DNA of 64,000 nt, taken from NCBI GenBank assembly GCA_045655105.1, contig JAZOOQ010000059.1, forward strand, positions 10,422-74,421, in the 5' to 3' direction. Positions 29,933-41,023 of the stretch are shown here, in pieces (the stretch's first letter is position 1; the number at the start of each line of letters is the position of its first letter). The position numbers were made by a program, and so were the translations under genes. Under the pieces are notes generated by a model. The model did not search any database. It was not told the DNA's origin and worked only from the letters and a program-made list of their open reading frames with translations. This stretch comes from Alphaproteobacteria bacterium. GTDB taxonomy: Bacteria > Pseudomonadota > Alphaproteobacteria > CAAHEQ01 > UBA3637.

Positions 29933-30901
29933 TTAAAACCAACGCATTTTTTTAAGGAAAAAGAGTTGTAACAAGGCAATAATGAATAAGAAAATTGCAA
30001 TTGTTATAAAGCCGCGTTCGTCCTGATTGAAGGGAATACCGCCAATATTTGCGCCAAGTAAACCGGTAACAAATGTAAGAGGCGTGAAAATAACAATGAC
30101 AATAGACATTAAATACATTGTTTGGTTTAAATTAACATTTGTTCTTGAATCTAATTCTTCTTGTGTAACCGTTGAGTGATCGCGGGCGGAATTTAAATCT
30201 TCCACAGCTTTAGACATATCTAAATAAATTTCGCGCAATTGGTTTGTGTTTTCTTCAGTTAAAACAGCGTGATCCACGTTGCGTAGCACTTTTGCCACAT
30301 CTCTTTGTGGAACGATATATCGGCGAAGTCCAACAATTTTGTGTCTTAATTGGCTTAAATTTTCGCGAATAGATTTGTTTTTAAAGCTTTCTGCTTCGAT
30401 TACAAGTTCTTCAAGCTCATCAACCTCATCAGCAATTTTTGCAATTGCTGTTTCAATCTGCTCCGTTAAAATTTTATTAATCGCAATAAAAATATCAGAA
30501 GGGGTTTTAGGCCCTTTTCCTTTTTTTAATTGCGTTCTGATTTTTTTTACAGCAGACATGGATCGGTGAGATAATGTTAAAATTCTTTTTTCTTCAACCC
30601 ACATGTGAAGCGCGATCATATCATCAATATCAGCTGATTTTTGCATATTAACCCCGCGCATAACAACTAAAATGCCATTTTTTCGTGGGAAATATCTTGG
30701 AGAAGTATCTTCATCAATCAAGTTTTCAATCACTCGGTCGTCTAACCCCATATCTTTAAGCCATTCTTGGTTTTCTTCATCTTTATAGTCGATATGGATC
30801 CAAATGGGTTTATTTGGTTTATTTGGAATTTTATCCCATGAAAGTGGCTTAGAGCCACCTTTGCCATCAAGAGATAAACAAAACTCTGGAGTAATAGCCA
30901 T
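29933..30901 (-). CDS. zntB: CorA-superfamily divalent cation channel, ZntB-like
   Basis: Two C-terminal TM helices with the loop GLLGANIGGIPF, which is the ZntB-type GxN signature rather than the CorA GMN. Confidence 0.7.
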   Translation of the reverse strand: MAITPEFCLSLDGKGGSKPLSWDKIPNKPNKPIWIHIDYKDEENQEWLKDMGLDDRVIENLIDEDTSPRYFPRKNGILVVMRGVNMQKSADIDDMIALHMWVEEKRILTLSHRSMSAVKKIRTQLKKGKGPKTPSDIFIAINKILTEQIETAIAKIADEVDELEELVIEAESFKNKSIRENLSQLRHKIVGLRRYIVPQRDVAKVLRNVDHAVLTEENTNQLREIYLDMSKAVEDLNSARDHSTVTQEELDSRTNVNLNQTMYLMSIVIVIFTPLTFVTGLLGANIGGIPFNQDERGFITIAIFLFIIALLQLFFLKKMRWF

Positions 30902-30927
30902 AACTTTTCTCCTTTTTTAAGGGATGG

Positions 30928-31527
30928 TTATTCAATGCAGCAATCAACTGCCTTTCTGACAACGCTTTTTAATTTACCCATTAATGAAGTTGGTTCTTGA
31001 GCTGGTTCTGTTAAAGCAGGAGTTGCATCTTGAGAAATAGGTGTTGTTGGTTTCATTAATTGTTCTGCTTCTTTTTTCACTTCTTCAACAGAATCTGGTT
31101 TCCAAGCAATTTCTTTGGTGTCAATAATATTCATATTTAAACCCCAGAAAAGGCAATATAAATCATAAGCTTGGTTGAATAAATCATAAGCATCTTTTGT
31201 GTTTCCCATGCTTTGTTGCTTGGTTCCAACTTCCATTAAACGCATAGATGTTGCAAGTAAATGCTTTGAAATACACCAAACTTCGCCCTCATAAGAAGGA
31301 ATGATTTTAAGCATTAAATTTTTGCGCATTTCTCTTACATCTGTGATCATGTCATAGAAAGAGTTTTTTCCTGTTTTTGCACCAGAAAACATTAAGTGTT
31401 CTTCAATTGAAATCAAATTCATAATGGCAATTGTTAAATCTTGATCTGAAGATAAATCTTTTGGATTTTTTTTCTTCATATTATCAATGCGTTCAACAAA
31501 TTCTTTTACATTTTCTGCTTTTTTCAT
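30928..31527 (-). CDS. hypothetical cytoplasmic protein (199 aa)
   Basis: ORF with an RBS, 10 nt downstream of the CxxC membrane-protein gene and 26 nt upstream of zntB. Helical, with a Pro/Thr-rich tail ending DCCIE. Confidence 0.5.
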   Translation of the reverse strand: MKKAENVKEFVERIDNMKKKNPKDLSSDQDLTIAIMNLISIEEHLMFSGAKTGKNSFYDMITDVREMRKNLMLKIIPSYEGEVWCISKHLLATSMRLMEVGTKQQSMGNTKDAYDLFNQAYDLYCLFWGLNMNIIDTKEIAWKPDSVEEVKKEAEQLMKPTTPISQDATPALTEPAQEPTSLMGKLKSVVRKAVDCCIE

Positions 31528-31537
31528 TTGATTTCTC

Positions 31538-32104
31538 CTAATTTTCTAACACGGGAATTTCTTGAATTTTATCGTTTGAAACTGGCAGTTTTGTGGCGCA
31601 ATCGCAAAGAGGATAAAAATAAAATAAAACGCTTAAAAGAGCTGTAAATAAAACAGGAACAACAACTTTTTCAAAAGGGAAGTGGGCATGACCACCATTT
31701 TTTTCTTTCATCCAAGCATAAAAGTTAATCCCTGCAATAAAAACAAGGGCTCCCAAAATATTGCTTAGCAAAAAAGAATCAATGTATAAAAATCCAATAA
31801 TAACAGGGTCATAAGGCAAATCGCCTAAATAAAGAAACCCAATGGATCCAATTGAAAGGGCCATTAGTGAAAAATCACGTCCTTTATAGTTCCAATTTTT
31901 CTTATTAAAATATCTGATTAAAAAATAACCAAAAATGGCAAGAAGTGCCCCAGACCAAACCCCAATAACACACTCATCTAAACCAGATTTTTCAGCTAAA
32001 TATAATGAGGCACCAACCGTTACCATACAAACAGGACAAGCAGGTCCTGCAAAAACTTTTAATGAGGATAAAAAGGTTAAGAACAAAGCGCAGATTTTTA
32101 GCAT
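31538..32104 (-). CDS. integral membrane protein with N-terminal CPVC and C-terminal CDC motifs
   Basis: The start is set at MLKICALFL, where GGAG lies 7 nt upstream. It has 5-6 hydrophobic segments, plus GPACPVCMV and YPLCDCA. Confidence 0.5.
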   Translation of the reverse strand: MLKICALFLTFLSSLKVFAGPACPVCMVTVGASLYLAEKSGLDECVIGVWSGALLAIFGYFLIRYFNKKNWNYKGRDFSLMALSIGSIGFLYLGDLPYDPVIIGFLYIDSFLLSNILGALVFIAGINFYAWMKEKNGGHAHFPFEKVVVPVLFTALLSVLFYFYPLCDCATKLPVSNDKIQEIPVLEN

Positions 32105-32204
32105 GATAACTCCAATAATTTCATTTTGATTTTTTATATTATATATTTTTTTTATTTGCAAGAGATAAAATATTTAATGTTTTTTGTTTAAATAAAACTT
32201 ATAT

Positions 32205-32233
32205 TTGACAGATTTAAAATTTAAGTGTAATTT
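32205..32233 (+). promoter_or_regulatory. sigma70-like promoter upstream of the XRE gene
   Basis: TTGACA (32205-32210), 17-nt spacer, TAATTT. Confidence 0.45.
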
Positions 32234-32253
32234 AAATAAAAAAAGAGGTTAGA

Positions 32254-32646
32254 ATGGCTAAAAAAACATCAAATTTAAAAAAAATGGATGAAATAATGCA
32301 AAACGAGTCTCGTTTTATTGTTTCAAGAAATGTAAAGTTTTATCGCAAAAAAAGAAAATTAACGCAGTTTCAATTGGCCGAAAAAATTGGAAAAACAGTT
32401 GAAATGGTTTGTCAAATTGAAAACAATGTGGCGGGAACTAAATTGGCCACATTAGATGCGATTGCAAATGCTTTAGATATTGAAACATATATGCTTTTTT
32501 TGAATAAAGATCGACCTAGTCTTGAAAATATTTCGCCTGAAATTTTGGAGTTAATCTTTGATTTAGAAGATGAAACGCCCGAATTTATTGCAGCTTTAAG
32601 AGAATTTATTCGTCAATGTCGATATAAAACAATTGAAAAGATATAA
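32254..32646 (+). CDS. XRE-family helix-turn-helix transcriptional regulator
   Basis: NVKFYRKKRKLTQFQLAEKIGKTVEMVCQIENN is a classic Cro/C1 HTH. Confidence 0.85.
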   Translation: MAKKTSNLKKMDEIMQNESRFIVSRNVKFYRKKRKLTQFQLAEKIGKTVEMVCQIENNVAGTKLATLDAIANALDIETYMLFLNKDRPSLENISPEILELIFDLEDETPEFIAALREFIRQCRYKTIEKI

Positions 32647-32689
32647 AAAAAATGCTATCCTTAAAAGAACTTTGAAGGAGCGTTTGGCT

Positions 32690-34237
32690 ATGTCTAACAA
32701 AGAAATCATAAACTGTGCCGCGACTTTTTGCGGCTTTTTTCTTTTTGCAAATGGGGTAAGTGGTATTGTTCAAAACAGATCTTACGCCGTTCCTCAAACA
32801 TTTATATCAGTTGCTGCCCTTTCTTATATGGGCTATAAAAAATTTCAGCCTTCTCATAAAAGATTAAAAAAACGTTTAGATGAGCTGTTTTCTTCTAAAA
32901 CAATTTTAACAAAAGGTCAGCTTTTGTTTTGGGATTCTAAATCAAAAACAAAAGGATTTGGTAATAATAAAAGAATTTGGTGGACAAAGGTTGAAATTGA
33001 ACAAGATTCCTTTAATCGATATATTCCTGCTAATATGAGAAATCTCTGGGCGGGTGTTTTTTCTTCGGCAGTTCATGAAAATTTGGTGAGAGGGTGTTCA
33101 ATTAAAACAAGTGTTTTAAAAGCGTTATCGCAAACCGTGTTGGAAAATATTCCTGATTTTTTTCAAAATGAAAGTATTCGCTCTTATGTCGAAAAAGATA
33201 GAATGATTGATGTTTTTGCCTTAAAAATGATTCATGAAGCTTATGAAAAAGTTGAAAATTGCAAATCGGATGAAGCTGTGTTGGATTTTTTTGAAAATGC
33301 CTTTAATGAGAAAAATTCGTTATTTTATAACATGGGATTAAATTTTGAGGGAAAAACAAATTCCTTTTTAAATCGATCTGTTTATGAGGATGGACATCAA
33401 AAAGAATTTAAAGTCTTGGAAACGGCTTCTTATGCTTCGATTTTGGGATGTGGTGTTTCTGCGATGTTTTTTTCTCCTTTTGAATATCCGATTGTTTATT
33501 CTGGGGTGACAGTTGGGGCTTCTTTATTTTATGTGTTTTCTCAGGTGCGTCAAAAAAATCATGTAGAGAAACAATTATCAAGATTTGAAGCAAATTCTTT
33601 TCAATTATCTGAAATTTGCCTAAAAAAAGCGCCATTATCACAAAAAGATGGATATATCATTTGGTATCAAACTCTTAAAAATTTAACCAAACGAGAAGAA
33701 GCTAAAATCACTTATCAAACCGCTTTAAGAGTAAATGATATTTTAAAATCTTTTCCACAGGAAGTGTCGTGCAAAAAAGCAGGCGAATTGTTGTTTTTAG
33801 AAAGTGTTTTTAAAGATAGTGCTTGTTATCAAGCTTATAAAAAAATTGACTCAGGGTTAACGCTTGAAAAGGCTGTGTCAGAATGTGGTTTAAAATGCGT
33901 TTATCAGTTGTTACTCTTTAATCATTTTGCGAATAAAGTGAAAAAGGAAGATGAAAGACCTCTTCGATCCTTTTTGTTTGAGTTTCAAAGTGATTTGGTT
34001 GAATTAAAAGATGCAAAAGTTTTGGCTAATCGTAAAATAAGTAAAAGAGTGTATCAAGAATTGAAAAAACTTGATAAGCTTTATCAAGAGGGGGAAATTT
34101 CATCTAGTGAACGTAAGGAATTTATGGTTCATATTCTTGAAATAGAGGAAAAAGGTATTTTTATGCATGTGCCAGTTGGGGTGAAATTGCCTCGCGCTGT
34201 TCAACGAACATTGAAAACGCAAAATATAAGGAATTAG
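32690..34237 (+). CDS. hypothetical membrane protein (~515 aa)
   Basis: Long ORF. I prefer the start at MSNKEIINCAATF. Hydrophobic segments lie near aa 10-60 and mid-protein (ILGCGVSAMFF...VTVGASLFYVF). No motif recognised. Confidence 0.5.
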   Translation: MSNKEIINCAATFCGFFLFANGVSGIVQNRSYAVPQTFISVAALSYMGYKKFQPSHKRLKKRLDELFSSKTILTKGQLLFWDSKSKTKGFGNNKRIWWTKVEIEQDSFNRYIPANMRNLWAGVFSSAVHENLVRGCSIKTSVLKALSQTVLENIPDFFQNESIRSYVEKDRMIDVFALKMIHEAYEKVENCKSDEAVLDFFENAFNEKNSLFYNMGLNFEGKTNSFLNRSVYEDGHQKEFKVLETASYASILGCGVSAMFFSPFEYPIVYSGVTVGASLFYVFSQVRQKNHVEKQLSRFEANSFQLSEICLKKAPLSQKDGYIIWYQTLKNLTKREEAKITYQTALRVNDILKSFPQEVSCKKAGELLFLESVFKDSACYQAYKKIDSGLTLEKAVSECGLKCVYQLLLFNHFANKVKKEDERPLRSFLFEFQSDLVELKDAKVLANRKISKRVYQELKKLDKLYQEGEISSSERKEFMVHILEIEEKGIFMHVPVGVKLPRAVQRTLKTQNIRN

Positions 34238-34320
34238 TTCGTGTGATTTTTTTTGAATTTTTTGTCAATAAAAATTTTAGCTAATTCTTTCTTTTTTATA
34301 TAAAAAAATCAAAAAAAGAC

Positions 34321-34349
34321 TTGACTTTATTTAAAAAATATGGTTTAAT
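34321..34349 (+). promoter_or_regulatory. sigma70 promoter of the str operon (extended -10)
   Basis: TTGACT (34321-34326), 17-nt spacer ending TGg, then TTTAAT (34344-34349). It lies about 190 nt upstream of rpsL. Confidence 0.55.
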
Positions 34350-34536
34350 ATCAAGACCTAAAGCTAAAGGTGGCTTTATCAAAAACAAGATAGTTGTCAC
34401 CCGCTTTCTTTGGGTTTTGCTAATAAAAACAAAGGGTTACCTTTATGTTGATTGGCAATTTTTGAGTGCTTTTATTTGCTCGAAAGGGGTCGATAAAAGT
34501 TTGGTGTAATAGGTAGAATAAAAGGAAAAAATTTTA

Positions 34537-34908
34537 ATGCCTACAATTAATCAGTTAATCCGTAAATCACGGAAATCAAAAACGGCAAGAAATAAAGTGC
34601 CGGCTTTGCAAGCATGTCCTCAAAAAAGAGGTGTTTGCACACGTGTTTATACAACAACACCGAAAAAACCGAACTCAGCTTTGCGTAAAGTTGCTCGTGT
34701 TCGTTTAACAAACGGTTTTGAAGTTACATGCTATATCCCAGGTGAGGGACATAACCTTCAAGAACACTCAGTTGTGATGATCAGAGGCGGTCGTGTAAAG
34801 GACTTGCCTGGTGTTCGTTACCATATTATTCGCGGTACACTTGATACACAAGGTGTTGCCAAACGTAAACAAGCTCGTTCGCTTTACGGCGCTAAACGAC
34901 CAAAGTAA
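34537..34908 (+). CDS. rpsL: 30S ribosomal protein S12
   Basis: [10 protein letters not shown]...[18 protein letters not shown]... Confidence 0.98.
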   Translation: MPTINQLIRKSRKSKTARNKVPALQACPQKRGVCTRVYTTTPKKPNSALRKVARVRLTNGFEVTCYIPGEGHNLQEHSVVMIRGGRVKDLPGVRYHIIRGTLDTQGVAKRKQARSLYGAKRPK

Positions 34909-34912
34909 TTAA

Positions 34913-35395
<483 letters not shown>

Positions 35396-35404
35396 GGGGA
35401 AATC

Positions 35405-37483
35405 ATGGCTCGTACAACACCGATTGAAAGATATAGAAATATTGGTATTATGGCTCACATTGATGCCGGTAAAACAACAACAACAGAACGTATTTTGTTT
35501 TATACGGGTAAGTCACATAAAATCGGCGAAGTTCATGATGGCGCTGCTACAATGGACTGGATGGAACAAGAACAAGAACGTGGTATCACAATTACATCAG
35601 CTGCTACAACAGCTTTTTGGAAAGATCACCGCATTAATGTTATTGACACGCCGGGCCACGTTGACTTTACAGTAGAAGTTGAACGTTGTTTGCGTGTTCT
35701 TGATGGTGCTATCACAGTTTTTGACGGCGTTGCAGGTGTTGAACCTCAATCAGAAACAGTTTGGCGTCAAGCTGATAAATATGGTGTTCCACGTATTTGC
35801 TTTGCAAACAAAATGGACCGTATTGGTGCTAACTTTGAACGTTGCGTTGATATGATTAAAACACGTTTGGGTGCTCGTCCAATGGTGATGGCTCTCCCAA
35901 TTGGTGCTGAATCAGAATTTAAAGGTATTGTTGATATTTTAATGCGCAAAGCAATCATCTGGAAATCAGAAGATTTAGGTGCTTCATTCGAATATCAAGA
36001 AATCCCTGCTGATTTACAAGAAAAAGCAGATAAATATTACAATGAACTCGTTGAAATGGCTGTTGAAATGGATGATGACGCCATGGAAAAATACTTGGAA
36101 GGTGTTGAACCTGATATGGAAACATTGAAAAAATGCATCCGTAAAGGAACAATTTCTCAATCATTTATTCCAGTATTTTGTGGTTCTGCCTTTAAAAATA
36201 AAGGTATTCAAACATTGTTAGATGCTGTTGTAGATTATTTGCCATCTCCAGTTGATATTCCACAAGCAAAAGGCGTTATCGCTGGTTCAGAAACAGAATA
36301 TGTTTGCGGTTCAGTTGATGATAAACCATTTGCTGGTTTGGCATTTAAAATTATGACAGACCCATTCGTTGGTTCTTTAACATTCTTACGTATTTATCAA
36401 GGTACTTTAGCAAGTGGTAGTTATGTAACAAACACTGTTAAAGATAAAAAAGAACGTATCGGTCGTATGCTTTTAATGCATGCTAACCACCGTGAAGAAA
36501 TTAAAGAAGCTACAGCAGGTGATATCGTTGCTTTAGTTGGTTTGAAAGATACAACAACAGGTGATTCATTGTGTGGCGATGGTTTGAAAGTTGTCTTGGA
36601 AAAGATGGACTTCCCAGATCCAGTTATTGAAATTGCTGTTGAACCAAAAACAAAAGCTGACGTTGAAAAAATGGCTTTAGCTTTGAACCGTTTAGCAATG
36701 GAAGACCCATCTTTCCGTGTCACAAGTAACACAGAAACTGGTCAAACAGTTATTAAAGGTATGGGTGAATTGCACTTAGAAATTATTGTTGATCGTTTGA
36801 AACGTGAATTTAAAGTGGAAGCCAATGTTGGTGCTCCTCAAGTTGCTTATCGTGAAACAATTTCTAAAGAATTTGATGAAGATTATACACACAAAAAACA
36901 ATCTGGTGGTTCAGGTCAATTTGCTCGTGTTCGTATCAAATTTACTCCATTGGAACCAGGTTCAGGCTTTGTCTTTGAAAACACTGTTGTTGGTGGTGCT
37001 GTTCCAAAAGAATATATCCCAGGTGTTGAAAAAGGTTTGCGTGCCTCACTTGAAACAGGTGTTTTGGCAGGCTTCCCTTGCACAGACTTTAAAGCAAACC
37101 TCTATGATGGTGCTTACCATGATGTTGACTCCAGCACAATGGCCTTTGAAATTGCTGCTCGTGCAGCTTTCCGCGAAGGTATGGCAAAAGCTGGTCCGAA
37201 GTTGTTAGAACCGATTATGAAAATCGAAGTTGTAACACCAGAAGATTACATGGGTGATATTATCGGTGACTTGAACTCACGTCGTGGTCAAGTTTCAGGT
37301 ATGGATCAACGTGGTAATGCCCGTGTTATTGATGCTCTTGTTCCACTTGCAAATATGTTCGGTTATGTAAACACACTCCGTTCAATGAGTCAAGGACGTG
37401 CACAATACACAATGGTATTCTCACACTATGCTGATGTACCACAAATGGTTGCTGATGAAATTAAAGCAAAAGTAGCAGGTTAA
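35405..37483 (+). CDS. fusA: elongation factor G
   Basis: [28 protein letters not shown] and NKMD GTPase motifs. 692 aa. Confidence 0.98.
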   Translation: MARTTPIERYRNIGIMAHIDAGKTTTTERILFYTGKSHKIGEVHDGAATMDWMEQEQERGITITSAATTAFWKDHRINVIDTPGHVDFTVEVERCLRVLDGAITVFDGVAGVEPQSETVWRQADKYGVPRICFANKMDRIGANFERCVDMIKTRLGARPMVMALPIGAESEFKGIVDILMRKAIIWKSEDLGASFEYQEIPADLQEKADKYYNELVEMAVEMDDDAMEKYLEGVEPDMETLKKCIRKGTISQSFIPVFCGSAFKNKGIQTLLDAVVDYLPSPVDIPQAKGVIAGSETEYVCGSVDDKPFAGLAFKIMTDPFVGSLTFLRIYQGTLASGSYVTNTVKDKKERIGRMLLMHANHREEIKEATAGDIVALVGLKDTTTGDSLCGDGLKVVLEKMDFPDPVIEIAVEPKTKADVEKMALALNRLAMEDPSFRVTSNTETGQTVIKGMGELHLEIIVDRLKREFKVEANVGAPQVAYRETISKEFDEDYTHKKQSGGSGQFARVRIKFTPLEPGSGFVFENTVVGGAVPKEYIPGVEKGLRASLETGVLAGFPCTDFKANLYDGAYHDVDSSTMAFEIAARAAFREGMAKAGPKLLEPIMKIEVVTPEDYMGDIIGDLNSRRGQVSGMDQRGNARVIDALVPLANMFGYVNTLRSMSQGRAQYTMVFSHYADVPQMVADEIKAKVAG

Positions 37484-37497
37484 GAAAGGTAACAATT

Positions 37498-37809
37498 ATG
37501 TTAGAAAACCAAAATATTAGAATTCGTTTAAGAGCGTTCGATCATAGGTTGTTGGATCAATCAACCCGTGAGATCGTCAATACGGCTAAACGCACAGGGG
37601 CCCAAGTTGTTGGACCAATCCCTTTGCCAACTCGTATTGAAAAATTTACCGTGAACCGTTCCGTGCACGTCGATAAGAAGTCACGTGAACAGTTTGAAAT
37701 TCGTACCCATAAGCGGGTGCTCGACATTATTGATCCGACACCGCAAACTGTTGATGCTCTAATGAAATTAGACTTAGCAGCGGGTGTAGATGTTGAGATT
37801 AAATTATAA
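37498..37809 (+). CDS. rpsJ: 30S ribosomal protein S10
   Basis: [14 protein letters not shown]... It starts 14 nt after fusA. Confidence 0.98.
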   Translation: MLENQNIRIRLRAFDHRLLDQSTREIVNTAKRTGAQVVGPIPLPTRIEKFTVNRSVHVDKKSREQFEIRTHKRVLDIIDPTPQTVDALMKLDLAAGVDVEIKL

Positions 37810-37821
37810 GGAAGAAATATT

Positions 37822-38538
37822 ATGCGTTCAGGAGTTATAGCTGAAAAAGTCGGCATGATGAGCTTGTTCCAAGAAAACGGCGTTCAAATCCCTGTAACTG
37901 TTTTAAAAATTGACAGTACAGTGGTTGACGTTCGAACAATGGAACGTGATGGTTATGTCGCTGTCCAGTTGGGACATGGTAAAGCAAAAACAAAAAATGT
38001 TGCTAAACCACAGCTCGGACATTTTGCAAAAGCAAAAGTAGAACCAAAGAAAACACTCGTTGAATTCCGTGTTTCTGATGACTGCGTTTTGCCAGTTGGT
38101 GCTGAATTAAGCGCTAACCACTTCGTTGTCGGTCAAAAAGTGGATGTTACAGGTGTTTCCATTGGTAAAGGTTTTGCCGGTGTTATGAAAAAATATCACT
38201 TCGGAGGTGACAACGCAACACACGGTGTTTCTAGAACACACCGTGCCGGTGGTTCAACCGGTCAACGCGAATGGCCTGGTAAAGTTTTCAAAAACGTTAA
38301 AATGCCTGGTCAAATGGGAAACAAACAAGTGACAGTTCAAAATTTGGAAGTTGTTTCAATTGACGAAGCCAGAAATTTGGTTATGGTCAAAGGATCAGTT
38401 CCTGGTTTTGATTCAGCCATTGTAACAATCAAAGATTCAGTAAAGATTTCAAAACAGCCAGCTTTACCACTTCCTGGTGGATTAAAAGCAGCTGCAGTTG
38501 AAACATCTGCTGAAGTTGAAACTGAAGTAAAGGAATAG
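37822..38538 (+). CDS. rplC: 50S ribosomal protein L3
   Basis: [13 protein letters not shown]... and operon order. Confidence 0.97.
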   Translation: MRSGVIAEKVGMMSLFQENGVQIPVTVLKIDSTVVDVRTMERDGYVAVQLGHGKAKTKNVAKPQLGHFAKAKVEPKKTLVEFRVSDDCVLPVGAELSANHFVVGQKVDVTGVSIGKGFAGVMKKYHFGGDNATHGVSRTHRAGGSTGQREWPGKVFKNVKMPGQMGNKQVTVQNLEVVSIDEARNLVMVKGSVPGFDSAIVTIKDSVKISKQPALPLPGGLKAAAVETSAEVETEVKE

Positions 38539-38541
38539 ACC

Positions 38542-39162
38542 ATGAAATATGATGTAATCAATTTAGATGGAAAATCAGTTGGTTCTATTGACTTGGCTGA
38601 CACAGTGTTTGGTGTTGAAGTTCGCGAAGACATTTTAGCTCGTGTTATCCAATGGCAATTAGACAAACGTCGTGCAGGAACTCACAAAACAAAAGATATT
38701 GGTGAAGTTTCTGGCTCAGGTAAAAAACCATTTAAGCAAAAAGGAACAGGCCGTGCTCGTCAAGGTCAAGATCGTGCTCCTCAAATGCGTCACGGTGGTG
38801 TTGCTTTTGGTCCAGTTGTTCGCTCACATGCTTACGGCTTGACAAAAAAACTCCGTGCTTTAGGGATGCGTGTTGCACTTTCTTTAAAAGCCAAAAATGG
38901 AAAACTCTTTATTGTTGACAGCTTGACAGCTGAAAAACCAAACACAAAAGCAATGAAAGCTGCTTTTGATAAAAATGGTTGGAAATCAGTTTTGTTTGTT
39001 GGCGGCGAAACAGTTGATAGCAATTTTGCTTTATCAGCTCGTAACATCATCAATGTTGATGTGTTGCCATCTCAAGGTGCTAACGTTTATGATATTATCC
39101 GCAGAGACGTCTTAGTCTTATCACAAGACGCCGTTGCGAATTTGGAAGGTCGTTTGAAATGA
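38542..39162 (+). CDS. rplD: 50S ribosomal protein L4
   Basis: GSGKKPFKQKGTGRARQG motif and operon order. Confidence 0.97.
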   Translation: MKYDVINLDGKSVGSIDLADTVFGVEVREDILARVIQWQLDKRRAGTHKTKDIGEVSGSGKKPFKQKGTGRARQGQDRAPQMRHGGVAFGPVVRSHAYGLTKKLRALGMRVALSLKAKNGKLFIVDSLTAEKPNTKAMKAAFDKNGWKSVLFVGGETVDSNFALSARNIINVDVLPSQGANVYDIIRRDVLVLSQDAVANLEGRLK

Positions 39163-39476
39163 TTAAGAAAAATACACAAGTAGCTGCAACAGCTGAAATG
39201 TTTGATGTCATTCGCAGACCTGTTATCACAGAAAAAGCAATGAAGAGTTCTGAACACAATCAAGTTGTCTTTTTAGTTGACGTCAATGCAACAAAAACAG
39301 ACGTTAAAAAAGCAGTTGAATCTGTGTTTGGTGTAAAAGTCGTTTCTGTAAACACACTTCGCCAACAAGGAAAACAAAAAATGTTCCGTGGCATTAAAGG
39401 TGTTCGCAATGAAACAAAGAAAGCTATTGTGACTTTGGCTGAAGGTCAAAGCATTGATGTGACAGCGGGGATTTAG
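39159..39476 (+). CDS. rplW: 50S ribosomal protein L23
   Basis: [11 protein letters not shown]... and operon order. Confidence 0.96.
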   Translation: MIKKNTQVAATAEMFDVIRRPVITEKAMKSSEHNQVVFLVDVNATKTDVKKAVESVFGVKVVSVNTLRQQGKQKMFRGIKGVRNETKKAIVTLAEGQSIDVTAGI

Positions 39477-39478
39477 TT

Positions 39479-40306
39479 ATGGCATTAAAAACATATAAAC
39501 CAGTAACCTCTACAGTCAGACATCTCGTTGGTATTGACAGATCTGACTTACATAAAGGGGCTCCTGTAAAAACATTAACAGAAGGCCAGTCCCGTACGGG
39601 CGGTCGTAACAACCACGGTCATATTACAACACGTCGTCGTGGTGGCGGTCATAAACAAGCTTATCGTTTAATTGATTTTAAACGTAAAAAATTGGATATG
39701 CCTGCAACAGTTGAACGTTTGGAATATGATCCAAACAGAACAGCATTTATTGCTTTGATCAAATATACTGATGGTGAATTAGCATACATCTTGGCACCTC
39801 AACGTTTAGCTGCTGGTGACACAGTTATTGCTGCTCAACAAGCAGATATTAAACCAGGCAATGCAATGCCAATGAAAAACATGCCAGTCGGCACGATTAT
39901 TCATAACATTGAATTAAAACCAGGTAAGGGCGGTCAAATTGCTCGTTCAGCTGGTTGTTATGCTCAATTAATCGGTAAAGATTCAGGCTATGTTCAAGTT
40001 CGCTTAAATTCAGGTGAACTTCGCATGGTTCGCGGTGAATGTTTTGCTTCCGTTGGTGCTGTTTCTAACCCAGATAACCAAAATACGGTTATGGCAAAAG
40101 CTGGTCGTGCTCGTTGGAATGACCATCGTCCAGCCGTTCGCGGTATTGCTATGAACCCAGTTGATCACCCACATGGTGGTCGTACAAATGGTGGCCGTCA
40201 TCCGGTTTCTCCATGGGGATGGCAAACTAAGGGTAAGAAAACTCGTAATAACAAACGGACAGACGGTTTAATTATCCGTTCTCGTCACGCAGCAAAGAAA
40301 TCCTAA
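39479..40306 (+). CDS. rplB: 50S ribosomal protein L2
   Basis: [15 protein letters not shown] and operon order. Confidence 0.98.
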   Translation: MALKTYKPVTSTVRHLVGIDRSDLHKGAPVKTLTEGQSRTGGRNNHGHITTRRRGGGHKQAYRLIDFKRKKLDMPATVERLEYDPNRTAFIALIKYTDGELAYILAPQRLAAGDTVIAAQQADIKPGNAMPMKNMPVGTIIHNIELKPGKGGQIARSAGCYAQLIGKDSGYVQVRLNSGELRMVRGECFASVGAVSNPDNQNTVMAKAGRARWNDHRPAVRGIAMNPVDHPHGGRTNGGRHPVSPWGWQTKGKKTRNNKRTDGLIIRSRHAAKKS

Positions 40307-40316
40307 GGAGGCATAA

Positions 40317-40604
40317 ATGACAAGATCCGTATGGAAAGGTCCGTTCGTTGACGGTTATCTGTTGAAAAAAGCAGAAAAGGTTAAACAATCAGGACGTCAC
40401 GAGGTAATTAAAACTTGGTCACGTAGATCAACAATAATTCCTCAATTTGTGGGCTTGACTTTTGGCGTATATAATGGTAAAAAGTTTATCCCAGTGTTAG
40501 TGAGCGAAAATATGATTGGGCACAAGTTCGGTGAATTCTCACCAACAAGAACTTTCCCTGGTCATACGGCAAATGACGCAAAAGCAAAGAAAGCAGGTAA
40601 ATAA
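40317..40604 (+). CDS. rpsS: 30S ribosomal protein S19
   Basis: [12 protein letters not shown]... Confidence 0.98.
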   Translation: MTRSVWKGPFVDGYLLKKAEKVKQSGRHEVIKTWSRRSTIIPQFVGLTFGVYNGKKFIPVLVSENMIGHKFGEFSPTRTFPGHTANDAKAKKAGK

Positions 40605-41023
40605 TGACAACAAATACACAAGTAAAAACAGCAAGAGCTAAAGCTCGCACGCTTCGTATTTCACCAAGAAAATTAAACTTGGTGGCTGCAAGCATCCGCG
40701 GTTTAAAAGCTGATAAAGCTGTTGCTCAACTCACATTTTCAACAAAACGTATTGCTGAAGAAGTGAAAAAAGTTTTGATGTCCGCTATTGCCAATGCTGA
40801 AAACAATCATAACATGGATGTCGATCGTTTATTCGTTCGCGAAGCATTCGTTGGCAAAGCCATGGTAATGAAAAGATTCCAAGCTGGTGCTAAAGGCCGG
40901 GCAAATCGTATTATTAAGCCATTTTCAAATTTAACAATTGTTGTTGCTGAAAGAGAAATTGAAGCTCCTAAAGCAAAAAAAACAACAAAGAAAGCGGCAA
41001 CAACAAAAGAGGAGAATAACTAA
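40604..41023 (+). CDS. rplV: 50S ribosomal protein L22
   Basis: [11 protein letters not shown]... with a Lys-rich C-terminal extension. Confidence 0.96.
   Translation: MTTNTQVKTARAKARTLRISPRKLNLVAASIRGLKADKAVAQLTFSTKRIAEEVKKVLMSAIANAENNHNMDVDRLFVREAFVGKAMVMKRFQAGAKGRANRIIKPFSNLTIVVAEREIEAPKAKKTTKKAATTKEENN

Noticed and set aside
30928-30942. C-terminal DCCIE of the 199-aa protein as a eukaryotic CaaX prenylation box (as in some Legionella effectors)
   Set aside because: The motif C-C-I-E has a Cys at a1 and Glu at X, both poor fits for farnesyl- or geranylgeranyl-transferase recognition. The operon context (membrane protein plus ZntB) argues for a bacterial cytoplasmic role.
34321-34509. 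62-aa ORF (TTG start) upstream of rpsL
   Set aside because: Its 'start codon' is the TTG of the -35 box TTGACT. It has no RBS and an odd composition. It is better explained as the promoter plus 5' UTR of the str operon.
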